Notes under the pieces: generated by a model
The model's input: only the letters and a program-made list of their open reading frames with translations
What the model was told of the DNA's origin: nothing
Databases searched by the model: none
Program-made: the position numbers and the translations under genes
NCBI GenBank assembly: GCA_015055745.1
Contig: SVHS01000002.1
Span: 62,534 to 126,533 of the forward strand
Reading direction: 5' to 3'
DNA length: 64,000 nucleotides
From: Clostridiales bacterium
GTDB taxonomy: Bacteria; Bacillota; Clostridia; Christensenellales; UBA1242
Part shown: piece by piece, positions 9,993-19,054 of the stretch
Layout of the letters: each line of letters begins with the position of its first letter
Numbering within the stretch: position 1 is the stretch's first letter

Positions 9993-11024
9993 CTAGATAT
10001 CTAGCTTAAATTGACTTAACAATTTTAGATTTCCGCTATTTAGCTCTCTAATATCATGAATACCGAGACTGAGCATTACCATACGATCTAGTCCAAGACC
10101 GAATGCACAGCCACTATATTGCTCTGGGTCGATACCACCATGGCGTAATACATTTGGATGTATCATACCACACGGACATAGCTCTATCCAACCACCGTTT
10201 TTACATGTAGGACAACCTTTACCGTCACAGAAAGGACATCTCACGTCCATCTCAAAGCTAGGCTCAGTAAATGGGAAGAATCCTGGACGAAGGCGCACTT
10301 CCACTTCCTTTTTAAATATTTTAGACAACATTTCTTTCATAAAGTAGATAAGATTGCCGACTGACACATCTTTATCTACTATCACACCTTCTAGCTGGAA
10401 GAATGTGTTTTCATGACTAGCATCTACGTCTTCATTTCTAAAGCAACGTCCAGGGAATACCGCTCTAATAGGTGGAGTGTATTTTTTCAATATCCTATTT
10501 TGTGCAGCAGATGTATGAGTCTTCAATACCTGTCCATTGTTTAGCCAGAATGTATCTTGCATATCTCTAGCAGGGTGGTTTTCTGGCACGTTTACAGCGA
10601 TGAAATTGTTGTATTCTGTCTCCACTTCATTACCGTCCTCTACGACAAATCCCATAGATACAAATACGTCCTCTATCTGCTTTTGAATAATAGTCCTAGG
10701 GTGTAGACTACCTTTACAACCTTTTATAGGTAATGTAATATCTATTTTTTCTGCGCTGTTGATTTCTTTCTCTAGCTCGGCCTGCTCGAGGAATGTCTCT
10801 TTCGCACTGATGAGTCTCTCTGCTTCTATCTTTCCGTTATTTAGCATTTGTCCCACTTTACCTTTTTCCGCAGGGGGCACTTCTTTCATAAAACGGAATA
10901 GCGCAGTGATCTTTCCACTCTTACCCAATACATCTACTCTCAAAGCTTGACACTCGGCAGTAGAATCAATCTCCTCCAGCTTGGCTTTCGTATAATCTAA
11001 AATCTCATTAATCTTATCTTGCAT
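9993..11024 (-). CDS. pheS: Phenylalanyl-tRNA synthetase alpha subunit
   Basis: HPARDMQDTF, FRNE...HENTFFQLEG, FFPFTEPSFE, AFGLGLDR. Confidence 0.98.
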   Translation of the reverse strand: MQDKINEILDYTKAKLEEIDSTAECQALRVDVLGKSGKITALFRFMKEVPPAEKGKVGQMLNNGKIEAERLISAKETFLEQAELEKEINSAEKIDITLPIKGCKGSLHPRTIIQKQIEDVFVSMGFVVEDGNEVETEYNNFIAVNVPENHPARDMQDTFWLNNGQVLKTHTSAAQNRILKKYTPPIRAVFPGRCFRNEDVDASHENTFFQLEGVIVDKDVSVGNLIYFMKEMLSKIFKKEVEVRLRPGFFPFTEPSFEMDVRCPFCDGKGCPTCKNGGWIELCPCGMIHPNVLRHGGIDPEQYSGCAFGLGLDRMVMLSLGIHDIRELNSGNLKLLSQFKLDI

Positions 11025-11040
11025 ATTTTCTCCTCAAAAT

Positions 11041-11283
11041 AAAAAACTCATCCTATACAATAGGACGAGTAGAATTTCCCGTGGTACCACCTATATTCAC
11101 AATCTGCATTGTCTCATTACATTTTCACAGTTTTGTCTGGCGACTCTTAATCACAAATAGTGTTTTCCGAGTGCAACTCCGATACCGAAATTCGAACGAT
11201 TACCTGAACATAAGTGGCTCTCAATCGCTGGCTCACTCTCCCTCATATGAAAGCAATCTTCTACTGATGTATCTTCACAGTTT
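11041..11283 (-). promoter_or_regulatory. T-box riboswitch (Phe) with terminator upstream of pheS
   Basis: Minus strand: stem I GATAC..GTATC with AGTA and GAGAG elements, specifier loop GAAT-TTC-G (UUC = Phe), T-box AATATAGGTGGTACCACGG, terminator ACTCGTCCTA-TTGTA-TAGGATGAGT-TTTTT. Confidence 0.92.
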
Positions 11284-11422
11284 TTATTATGATTACTTTA
11301 TCTCAAAAAAATTCTTTTGTCAATACATTTTGAATTATTTTTGATTTTTCTAAAATTTCTAAAACAAAAATCTCTTGCAATATTTTTCATTGTGTGCTAT
11401 ACTACCCATGTCTAAACATTAA

Positions 11423-11497
11423 GCCCCCTTAGTTAAATGGATATAACAGCTCCCTCCTAAGGAGCAATTGTGGGTTCGATTCCCGCAGGGGACACCA
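11423..11497 (+). tRNA. tRNA-Arg (anticodon CCT)
   Basis: Cloverleaf: anticodon arm GCTCC-CTCCTAA-GGAGC, T loop GGTTCGATTCC, encoded CCA; promoter TTGCAA-17-TATACT upstream. Confidence 0.95.
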
Positions 11498-11502
11498 AAC
11501 AC

Positions 11503-11535
11503 AAGCAGTCATATATTAAAAATGACTGCTTTTTT
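11503..11535 (+). terminator. Intrinsic terminator after tRNA-Arg
   Basis: AAGCAGTCAT...ATGACTGCTT followed by a T run. Confidence 0.8.
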
Positions 11536-11601
11536 ATTTGTTTTACCATTCTCTGTACATTTGAATTATATTATGCTATAATACAACCAATGGAGATATT
11601 T

Positions 11602-12798
11602 ATGACTAAAGATGAGAAAATGAAAGCCATAAACGATTTAGCTTCGGATATTGATTGTTTAGAACCATTGCATAAGTGGACTAACGACTTAAATATATTT
11701 AGCTTACTTAAACTCGACCGCGTAGAAATCCGTCACAGCAATATGCTATCTTGGTTATTAAACCCCAACGAATTACATGGATTTAGTGACAAATTATTAA
11801 AAAAGTTTTTAATATATGCCACTAAGGGAACGAACATAAATATAATGAAAGGCCTGAGTCCTGTAGATATAGACCTGATGAATTTAGATGATGTAATAGT
11901 GTGTAGAGAAAAAGACAATATTGATATCTTGATTATTTCAGAAAGCAATCATCTTATTTTGGCAATTGAAAACAAAATTGGCTCAACAGAACATTCTAAT
12001 CAGCTAGAGAAATATAAAACTGGTCTACTAAGAGATTATCCTGACAATTATCGTTTTGTTCTGATTTATTTAACCCCAGACGGAGATGAATCATCGGACT
12101 CAGACAACTGGGTTAGTATGGATTATGATTTCGTATTAAAGGAAATAAATAAATTAATTGATATTTACAAAATACCAGATAAAGCAAAAATTTATATCGA
12201 AGACTATATAAAAGCAATAAGGAGAAGCGTAGTGGAAGATAAAGAAATCGTTGATATTTGTAGAAAGATATATTTTAGACATCAAGAAGCTTTTGATCTA
12301 ATTTTTGAAAATAGACCTGACATCATGAGTCATATTTCTGATTATATTTATAACTATTTGGTAATAAATTCAGTAAAATTTGATATTAATGTATGGGAAA
12401 ATCATACAAAACATTATGTAAGATTTACACCCAAAAAACTTTCTGCGATGTGCGGACACATGGGTAGTGGTTGGGTATCCCAAACTAATCTAATAGGTTT
12501 TGAATTTCAAATATTTGAAGATTCTGGAGTGAATCTTGCAGTAATAATAGGTCCAGCAGATACACAATATGAAAACTATAGGCAAAAATTATTTGATATC
12601 GCAGTAGATCACAATTATAAAATGAAAGGAAAAACTTTAAAAAATAAATGGAAAACTATTTTGTCCACAAGTATCATTTCAAAAAATAATCTTGATATTA
12701 GGGACGAATATTTGGAAGAATCAATTAAAGTCTCTATCGATAACTATATAAACAATAAATTACCTACAATTATATCTGATTTACTTAAAGCATTTTGA
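11602..12798 (+). CDS. PD-(D/E)XK nuclease superfamily protein (PDDEXK_4-like)
   Basis: NIF..L...EIRHSNMLSWLLNP...HG, RE...IDILI, IENKIGS.E..NQL..Y, YLTPDG; start placed at the ATG after GGAG, outside the tRNA. Confidence 0.85.
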   Translation: MTKDEKMKAINDLASDIDCLEPLHKWTNDLNIFSLLKLDRVEIRHSNMLSWLLNPNELHGFSDKLLKKFLIYATKGTNINIMKGLSPVDIDLMNLDDVIVCREKDNIDILIISESNHLILAIENKIGSTEHSNQLEKYKTGLLRDYPDNYRFVLIYLTPDGDESSDSDNWVSMDYDFVLKEINKLIDIYKIPDKAKIYIEDYIKAIRRSVVEDKEIVDICRKIYFRHQEAFDLIFENRPDIMSHISDYIYNYLVINSVKFDINVWENHTKHYVRFTPKKLSAMCGHMGSGWVSQTNLIGFEFQIFEDSGVNLAVIIGPADTQYENYRQKLFDIAVDHNYKMKGKTLKNKWKTILSTSIISKNNLDIRDEYLEESIKVSIDNYINNKLPTIISDLLKAF

Positions 12799-12826
12799 GT
12801 ACCATAAATTATGATATGCTTTATAC

Positions 12827-12854
12827 AAAAAACGCACTTATGTGCGTCTTTTTT
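12827..12854. terminator. Bidirectional terminator
   Basis: AAAAAACGCAC-TTAT-GTGCGTCTTTTT between convergent genes. Confidence 0.7.
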
Positions 12855-13368
12855 ATATAGAAAAGAAATGTACTCTATTTTTCAATGTCTTAAATATTTC
12901 TAAATGCCTTTCTTCGTCTTCTATGATACGAGCAAATAGTCGCTTGAGGCTATCATTTTTCACTCTATTTATAGCTAAATTATACTGCTCTATTGCAAAT
13001 GTCTCTGCGCGGATATTGTTATCCAACATATCCTTTAGCTTAGTAGTATAATTTACATTTCCTGTATTGTAGCCCACTCCATGAGAATCTTCGTATTTTG
13101 GTATACCTCCAAATTCGCCGATAGCGTGCATCAATATATGTAAATGCATCATCTCCACTATACCAATTTCTTCAAAGATATCTGCTATATCTTGCATTGT
13201 CTTGTCTGACACACAGGACTGATACACATATTGAAGTACAGCGTTTAGCTCTCCAGACCTACTATTAGCTAGATTTTTTAGTATTGATACTGTCGTCATA
13301 TCTTCTCTTGCTCCCTCTATCTCGGGATAAGGTTTTTCTACCCTTATTTGTATATCTTCAAAATCCAT
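12853..13368 (-). CDS. Ferritin-like / Mn-catalase (CotJC-like) family protein, probably spore-associated
   Basis: Two ExxH di-metal motifs (EMMH, EERH); GELNAVLQY; GGAGG RBS; sigK-like promoter. Confidence 0.8.
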   Translation of the reverse strand: MDFEDIQIRVEKPYPEIEGAREDMTTVSILKNLANSRSGELNAVLQYVYQSCVSDKTMQDIADIFEEIGIVEMMHLHILMHAIGEFGGIPKYEDSHGVGYNTGNVNYTTKLKDMLDNNIRAETFAIEQYNLAINRVKNDSLKRLFARIIEDEERHLEIFKTLKNRVHFFSI

Positions 13369-13382
13369 AATTCCTCCTATAC

Positions 13383-13411
13383 TAATTATGTAGAAAGCGA
13401 AATGTTTGTGA
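13383..13411 (-). promoter_or_regulatory. sigK-type promoter
   Basis: TCACA-16 nt-CATAATTA matches the sigK consensus ACA-16-CATANNNT. Confidence 0.6.
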
Positions 13412-13506
13412 AATATATACCAAAATCCTATTTTCTTTTACAAGAAATCTTGCAATAATATTTGTTAAAAAAGAATTTATATGATAAAATACATCAAGAG
13501 GGAAAA

Positions 13507-15900
13507 ATGCGTAAAAAGAAATCTAATAAAAACAAATCTAGCGCTAGTATCTCTAGATTTAATCCAAAACCTAATGAAGGTCTGTCTCAAAAACAAATCT
13601 CACAGCGAACACAAGAAAATCTTGTAAATATTTCAAATATAAAGACTTCAAAAAGTATAGGTAGTATTTTATTTAAAAATATTTTTACCTTCTTCAATAT
13701 GACTTGTTTAGTGGTAGCACTGGCACTCATATCTGTGGGAGCTTTTTCTGATTTGCTATTTTTAGTCATAGTGATATTAAATACTGTCATAGGCATAGTC
13801 CAAGAGATAAAAGCCAAAAAGACTATGGACAAGCTATCTCTCACAAATTCAAATTTTACAAAAGTAATACGTGACAGTGAAGAACAAGAAATATACAAGA
13901 CAGAAGTAGTGCTTGATGATGTGTTGGTACTAAATCCAGGTATGCAAATCGCTTGCGATAGTATCGTGATAGATGGACACGTAGAAGTAAATGAAAGTTT
14001 GCTCACCGGCGAGAGTCAGCCAGTAAAAAAAGATAAAGGTGATAGTTTGCTCGGTGGTAGCTTTATATCTAGCGGTACTTGTCGAGCTAAAGTAAATAAA
14101 ATAGGTAATGAAAATTATATTTCTCAGCTAAGTGAAAAAGCAAAATCTTTCAAGCAGGCTAAGAGTGAACTTTTGACCTCTCTTAGAAATTTAATAAAAA
14201 TCATTACAGTATTTATGATACCTATCGCTATACTCATGCTATACAATAACTATACATACTACACCGCCAACCCAGCTGAAGAATATAGCACGTTATATAT
14301 GGTCATCACAAAGACTAGTGGTTGTATTATCGCCATGATACCAGCAGGTATGTTCTTACTTACTTCGGTCGCTCTAGCTGTCAGTGTCATGAGACTGGCA
14401 AAAAAGAGGACATTGGTACAAGAATTATATTGTATAGAGATGCTAGCTAGGACAAATGTCCTTTGTCTAGACAAGACAGGTACTCTTACAAATGGCTCCA
14501 TGAGTGTAAAAGATGTCGTCTTACTCGGCAAGAAGACCGAAAAAGATGTGGACAAAATTATTTCTTCTATGGTAAATGCATTTCATGATGCTAATCAGAC
14601 TGCTCTAGCTCTAAAAGCATATTTTGGCAAGCCTAGCTACACTGCAGACAAATCTATACCTTTCTCATCTGAGAGAAAGTTCATGGGTTGCAAATTCAGA
14701 AATGTGGGCGCATACAAATTAGGTGCTTACGAATATGTAATGGATAAGCCTACCGCAGAGATAAAGAAAATGGCTGAAGAGTATGCTCAAAATGGATACA
14801 GAGTACTCTTGCTTGCTGGCTGTGACAACAATTTTAGCAATACAAACTGTACTCCAGTAGCTTTGGTGCTACTCCAAGACAATATCAGAAAAGATGCACC
14901 AAAGACTATTGAATGGTTTAAGAAAAATGATGTAGATATCAAGATTATATCAGGAGACAATCCTGTCACAGTAAGTGAAGTAGCTAGGCGAGTCGGTGTA
15001 GAAAATTATGATAAATATATTAGTTTACATGGTATGAGCAATACCGAAGTCATGGAAGCAGCTACAAAATATGCTATATTTGGTCGTGTAAGCCCTGAGC
15101 AAAAAGCAATACTAGTAAAAGCTCTCAAAGCACAAGGTAAGACAGTAGCTATGACTGGTGACGGTGTAAACGATATCCTTGCCCTTAAAGAAGCAGACTG
15201 CTCTATTGCAATAGCAGCTGGTAGTGACGCAGCACGTAGCGTAAGTCAGCTAGTACTATTGGATAGCAACTTTAGCTCTATGCCAAATGTAGTAGCTGAA
15301 GGTAGACGTGTGGTAAATAATATACAAAAATCATCATCACTTTTCCTAATGAAGACAATATTTGCTATATGTATTTCATTATTTGTATTGTGTATGAATA
15401 AGACTTATCCTTTCTCACCTATACAGTTTATATTACTCGAGATGTTTGTCATAGGATTGCCGTCATTCTTCCTAGCGCTACAACCAAACATCAACCCTAT
15501 CAAAGGAAAATTCTTATCCAATGTCGCTAAAAATACACTACCGGCTGGTATATGCTTGGTCGGGGTTACCATAGCGATGTATGTATATCAAATGTTTACT
15601 GGTATCACTACTGAAGTGCTAGTCACCATGTCATCTATAGGTATCATAGTAGTCGGATTTATAGCATTATTTAGAATGTGCAAGCCGTTTAATTGGTTTA
15701 AGTCCATCATGTATGTAGCATGTGCTGGCATATGTATAGCTTGTGTGATAGGATTATTTGATTTATTTAAATATGTACCTATATCTTACTATGACACATT
15801 ATTCCTTATAGTAGTATGTCAAGCAAGCTATCCTGTATATATGGTACTAAACAAATTATTTGAGCTTTCTAGCAATACCGTACCTCCTACTGAATCGTGA
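13507..15900 (+). CDS. P-type ATPase, CtpE-like
   Basis: LTGES, DKTGTLT, SGDN, MTGDGVND motifs; about 10 TM helices. Confidence 0.92.
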   Translation: MRKKKSNKNKSSASISRFNPKPNEGLSQKQISQRTQENLVNISNIKTSKSIGSILFKNIFTFFNMTCLVVALALISVGAFSDLLFLVIVILNTVIGIVQEIKAKKTMDKLSLTNSNFTKVIRDSEEQEIYKTEVVLDDVLVLNPGMQIACDSIVIDGHVEVNESLLTGESQPVKKDKGDSLLGGSFISSGTCRAKVNKIGNENYISQLSEKAKSFKQAKSELLTSLRNLIKIITVFMIPIAILMLYNNYTYYTANPAEEYSTLYMVITKTSGCIIAMIPAGMFLLTSVALAVSVMRLAKKRTLVQELYCIEMLARTNVLCLDKTGTLTNGSMSVKDVVLLGKKTEKDVDKIISSMVNAFHDANQTALALKAYFGKPSYTADKSIPFSSERKFMGCKFRNVGAYKLGAYEYVMDKPTAEIKKMAEEYAQNGYRVLLLAGCDNNFSNTNCTPVALVLLQDNIRKDAPKTIEWFKKNDVDIKIISGDNPVTVSEVARRVGVENYDKYISLHGMSNTEVMEAATKYAIFGRVSPEQKAILVKALKAQGKTVAMTGDGVNDILALKEADCSIAIAAGSDAARSVSQLVLLDSNFSSMPNVVAEGRRVVNNIQKSSSLFLMKTIFAICISLFVLCMNKTYPFSPIQFILLEMFVIGLPSFFLALQPNINPIKGKFLSNVAKNTLPAGICLVGVTIAMYVYQMFTGITTEVLVTMSSIGIIVVGFIALFRMCKPFNWFKSIMYVACAGICIACVIGLFDLFKYVPISYYDTLFLIVVCQASYPVYMVLNKLFELSSNTVPPTES

Positions 15901-16726
15901 TATTATGTATCAGTTTATTTTGAATATCAAATATACAAATGCCCGCAAGGGCATTTTTGTTTATCAAGAAAAATTCACTTTCGCTCACAGGATACATCTC
16001 ACAAAACTCCGGAAAAAACAATCCTATATCCTCCGCTTTGTCTAGCTTGATATTTTCATGCAAGAGTTCTTTAGCGTATTTAAAATTTTTCGCCCGCACA
16101 CAATCTAAAAACACACACCCAACAAACTCATCTCTTAAGCACATATCTTCATCATCTAGATATACAAGATAGTCGTCATATTTTTTATCTTTTATATGCA
16201 AGACACGTCCATGATTTAACGCATCATACAGTCTAGTCATGAAATACTTTTCCTCTCCACTCTCATTGTATTCATCGTAATAATCAGCATACTTGAGCTT
16301 GTCGTCTTCAAGTATAATGATAAAATTTCTCTTACCCACAAAATATATAAGACACAGTTTACCCTGTATTTCATGATGTGAATATTCCACACCGTCTACA
16401 TATTTATCCACCACAATATCACCAGAGATAGTGAGTAATATCTTATCTGATAAGGAAAATAAAATCTCTTTTCCACTATGGCTTATTTTCACCACTCTTG
16501 TGCTATCCACATTGTATGGAAATAGAAAATAATAAATGTCCTGCTTGTACTCGATTTTCAACACATTTTTTTGTACATCACAGTCAAAAGAAAATGGCAA
16601 TCCTCCACCCATCACAAGTGCATGAGATAGTCTTCCACTGATTTCATATTTTACATACGGATATATTTTTTCATACACTTCGTCTGCATAGATGGAGCAC
16701 GCGAACTTTGAGATAAGATAATTCAT
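15887..16726 (-). CDS. Hypothetical protein
   Basis: About 279-aa ORF filling the gap between flanking genes; start uncertain (16726 or 16750). Confidence 0.7.
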   Translation of the reverse strand: MNYLISKFACSIYADEVYEKIYPYVKYEISGRLSHALVMGGGLPFSFDCDVQKNVLKIEYKQDIYYFLFPYNVDSTRVVKISHSGKEILFSLSDKILLTISGDIVVDKYVDGVEYSHHEIQGKLCLIYFVGKRNFIIILEDDKLKYADYYDEYNESGEEKYFMTRLYDALNHGRVLHIKDKKYDDYLVYLDDEDMCLRDEFVGCVFLDCVRAKNFKYAKELLHENIKLDKAEDIGLFFPEFCEMYPVSESEFFLINKNALAGICIFDIQNKLIHNITIQ

Positions 16727-16832
16727 ATAAATATTTATGTTAAGAAACAAAAAAACTTTCTATTTTATATTTATTTACAATTTCACCCTACTTTCGCACG
16801 ATAATAATTAGCCTATCGGGAATAATAAAATC

Positions 16833-17102
16833 ATGAACAAAATCCCAGAACATCAAAAAAATCAAAACGCAAAGATTCACGTCATGCCACCTAGTATCAC
16901 AGATGAAGATATCTCAGCCCTCTTTCATGGTATACTCAGCGTAGTCAAGAAGAAAATTGAACTAGAAGCTAGAGCTGAAATAATCAACATGAATGTAAAT
17001 ATGGAAAAACTACTACGTGAATTGAAAGAACGACAAGCCGAGTGTATCAGATTAAAAAATGAGATTTTGTATCTTAAATCTCAAATTCAAAATACTGATT
17101 AA
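16833..17102 (+). CDS. Small coiled-coil hypothetical protein
   Basis: 89-aa ORF; ITDEDISALFHG helix followed by a heptad-rich C-terminus. Confidence 0.65.
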   Translation: MNKIPEHQKNQNAKIHVMPPSITDEDISALFHGILSVVKKKIELEARAEIINMNVNMEKLLRELKERQAECIRLKNEILYLKSQIQNTD

Positions 17103-17225
17103 TCGTTCATAATCATATATTTTTTCAATTTGTCAACTAATTTTTAAAAAAAATTAAAATTTTTTCTCAAAATATTTGCATAATCTTTTAAAAACTGCTA
17201 TATTGTTTTAAAAGAGTGGTGAATA

Positions 17226-18317
17226 ATGGAAGAAATGATTTTTTTCGACAATGCCAAAGAAAATGTGACAAAATTCTTCGCGCAAGAGTTTGAAAATTTC
17301 CCAGCTCTACTTATGTCACATTTTTTAAATAAATTCAACGATATCATGAATTATCAAGAGGAAGGTAATGTCATCAAGCCGAAGATTATCTTCACCGATA
17401 ATATTGAAGCGCTCATTCGCTCTATTCCGAAGTCTCACTCTATGACAGTATTTGAAGACAATGAGGCGACGATGTTTAACTCTAGACTAAAGTCACTCCT
17501 TGCTATAGCAAAAAATGATTGGTGTATCTTTATCGACATCAAAGAAAACAAGATCAGCTACGGACTAGTAATGTCATTTACTAGTATTAAAGATAAAAAT
17601 TTGCTTAGGACTATCGAAGAAAGCAATTCGTTGAAGGACAAGGCTAGCAAATTTCACTGTATACTTGCTAGACCACTAAACTTTTACTCCATGATGCTAC
17701 ACTCTATATCTGGCAATGACTTGATAGTGAACTTTTCTCTAGACAAGTCAAAATGTAATATTTTCAATACAGAGATCAGAGAGTTTGTAGATGCGACTTT
17801 CTCAAAACTACGTACTACTCAAAGAAAACTACAAGATATGAAAAATATGTACCTAAACATATTTTCAAATGTACTCAGCTATGTCAATGGCTCTATATGC
17901 GTCATCGTGGACAAAGATTATAAAGACAATGGCCTATTTGAAGACGGTATTTGGCTAAAAGAACCTATTAGCTTTAGCAAGCTATTTACTCAATCAAAAA
18001 GCTACAATGAAGAAAAACTACAAGCGTATGCCGACTTGTTTATGAATATGCTAAACTTTGATGGTATCACTATCATAGACAATCTTGGTCGTATCAGAGC
18101 ATACAATGTATTCGTCGAGCCAAACTCTAAAAAAGTCGGCTACATAGTCGGAGGAGCTAGGAAGCGTGCTGCATTCTATATCCTCAGCACAAAGAAAAAA
18201 GATATAGTGGGCGTATACTTCCAGTCTCATGAAGGCGAAGTATTCTTTCAAGAGATAGCTAAGAAAATGCCAAGACTAAAAGCCACTAAAAAGAATGAAG
18301 AAAAAGAGAGTAATTAA
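17226..18317 (+). CDS. Divergent diadenylate-cyclase (DAC/DisA_N) fold protein with uncharacterised N-terminal domain
   Basis: FDGITIIDN.G.IRAY and GGARKRAA...QSHEGEV align to DAC DGA / GTRHRAA / SEE.G motifs. Confidence 0.7.
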   Translation: MEEMIFFDNAKENVTKFFAQEFENFPALLMSHFLNKFNDIMNYQEEGNVIKPKIIFTDNIEALIRSIPKSHSMTVFEDNEATMFNSRLKSLLAIAKNDWCIFIDIKENKISYGLVMSFTSIKDKNLLRTIEESNSLKDKASKFHCILARPLNFYSMMLHSISGNDLIVNFSLDKSKCNIFNTEIREFVDATFSKLRTTQRKLQDMKNMYLNIFSNVLSYVNGSICVIVDKDYKDNGLFEDGIWLKEPISFSKLFTQSKSYNEEKLQAYADLFMNMLNFDGITIIDNLGRIRAYNVFVEPNSKKVGYIVGGARKRAAFYILSTKKKDIVGVYFQSHEGEVFFQEIAKKMPRLKATKKNEEKESN

Positions 18318-19054
18318 CTCTCTTTTTTCTTATATTTTATGACAGCTCTAAATATTGTCCTATCTTGAGCCTTGCCTTCTATGTAAAAATAATTTTTTAT
18401 TTTCTTTTTATAGACATCGATACAGTCTCCTTCATGACTTTCATTTACAAAATAAATCTCGTATTCTTTGATAGCCATGTTTTTCAATTCTTCCACACTA
18501 AAAGCATCTAGTGCCATATAATTGTACTTGAGATTATTGGTATGCATATTGACATCTATATCTGTGGCTCGTATTACTCTACTGTATGAGAGGTCTTTTT
18601 CTGCCACATCTTCTCGCATGTTTGTATACTCTGCCACCACTTCTTCCGTCTTTTGCATATCCAGATCTGGATAAACTATAGTGTTCATCTTCCTAATCTT
18701 GCGTGTATCAAAATCTAGACAACACCAATCAGCAGAGCATTTTACTTTTACACTGTTGCCTACTTTTATCATACAGTCTCTCACTGCTCTTGCCATACCT
18801 AACTCATGAGTCCAAGTAATGACATTTGCTTTGTCTCCAGTCTTGACATCACCTTTTATGATGAGTTTCATCTTGGTCACCACCCAAAAAGCTCTACTCT
18901 TTTCTTCCATAGTCTTGTGGTCAAGACCAATGATGTTGGAATGATTGAAAGTAGCGACCTCCAACAGACGCATTTGCTCTGTCAGAGGCACTACTTGATC
19001 AAAGTTTACCATGGTGTCATCTATAGTGATTGTTTCTTTATGCCAGTTTTTCAT
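18314..19054 (-). CDS. Acyl-ACP thioesterase family protein
   Basis: Double hot-dog fold length; DIDVNMHTNN..Y motif and downstream E. Confidence 0.88.
   Translation of the reverse strand: MKNWHKETITIDDTMVNFDQVVPLTEQMRLLEVATFNHSNIIGLDHKTMEEKSRAFWVVTKMKLIIKGDVKTGDKANVITWTHELGMARAVRDCMIKVGNSVKVKCSADWCCLDFDTRKIRKMNTIVYPDLDMQKTEEVVAEYTNMREDVAEKDLSYSRVIRATDIDVNMHTNNLKYNYMALDAFSVEELKNMAIKEYEIYFVNESHEGDCIDVYKKKIKNYFYIEGKAQDRTIFRAVIKYKKKES

Noticed and set aside
10190-10240. CPFC..GC..C insert in PheS
   Set aside because: It is a common Zn-binding insert in Firmicute PheS.
11081-11344. 87-aa plus-strand ORF
   Set aside because: It is antisense to the T-box leader and has no protein-like features.
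11470-11601. N-terminal extension of the 442-aa ORF
   Set aside because: It overlaps tRNA-Arg and its terminator; the ATG at 11602 has a GGAG RBS.
12799-12826. Possible att duplicate of the tRNA-Arg 3' end
   Set aside because: Only a short ..ACCA match; not enough to call an integrated element.
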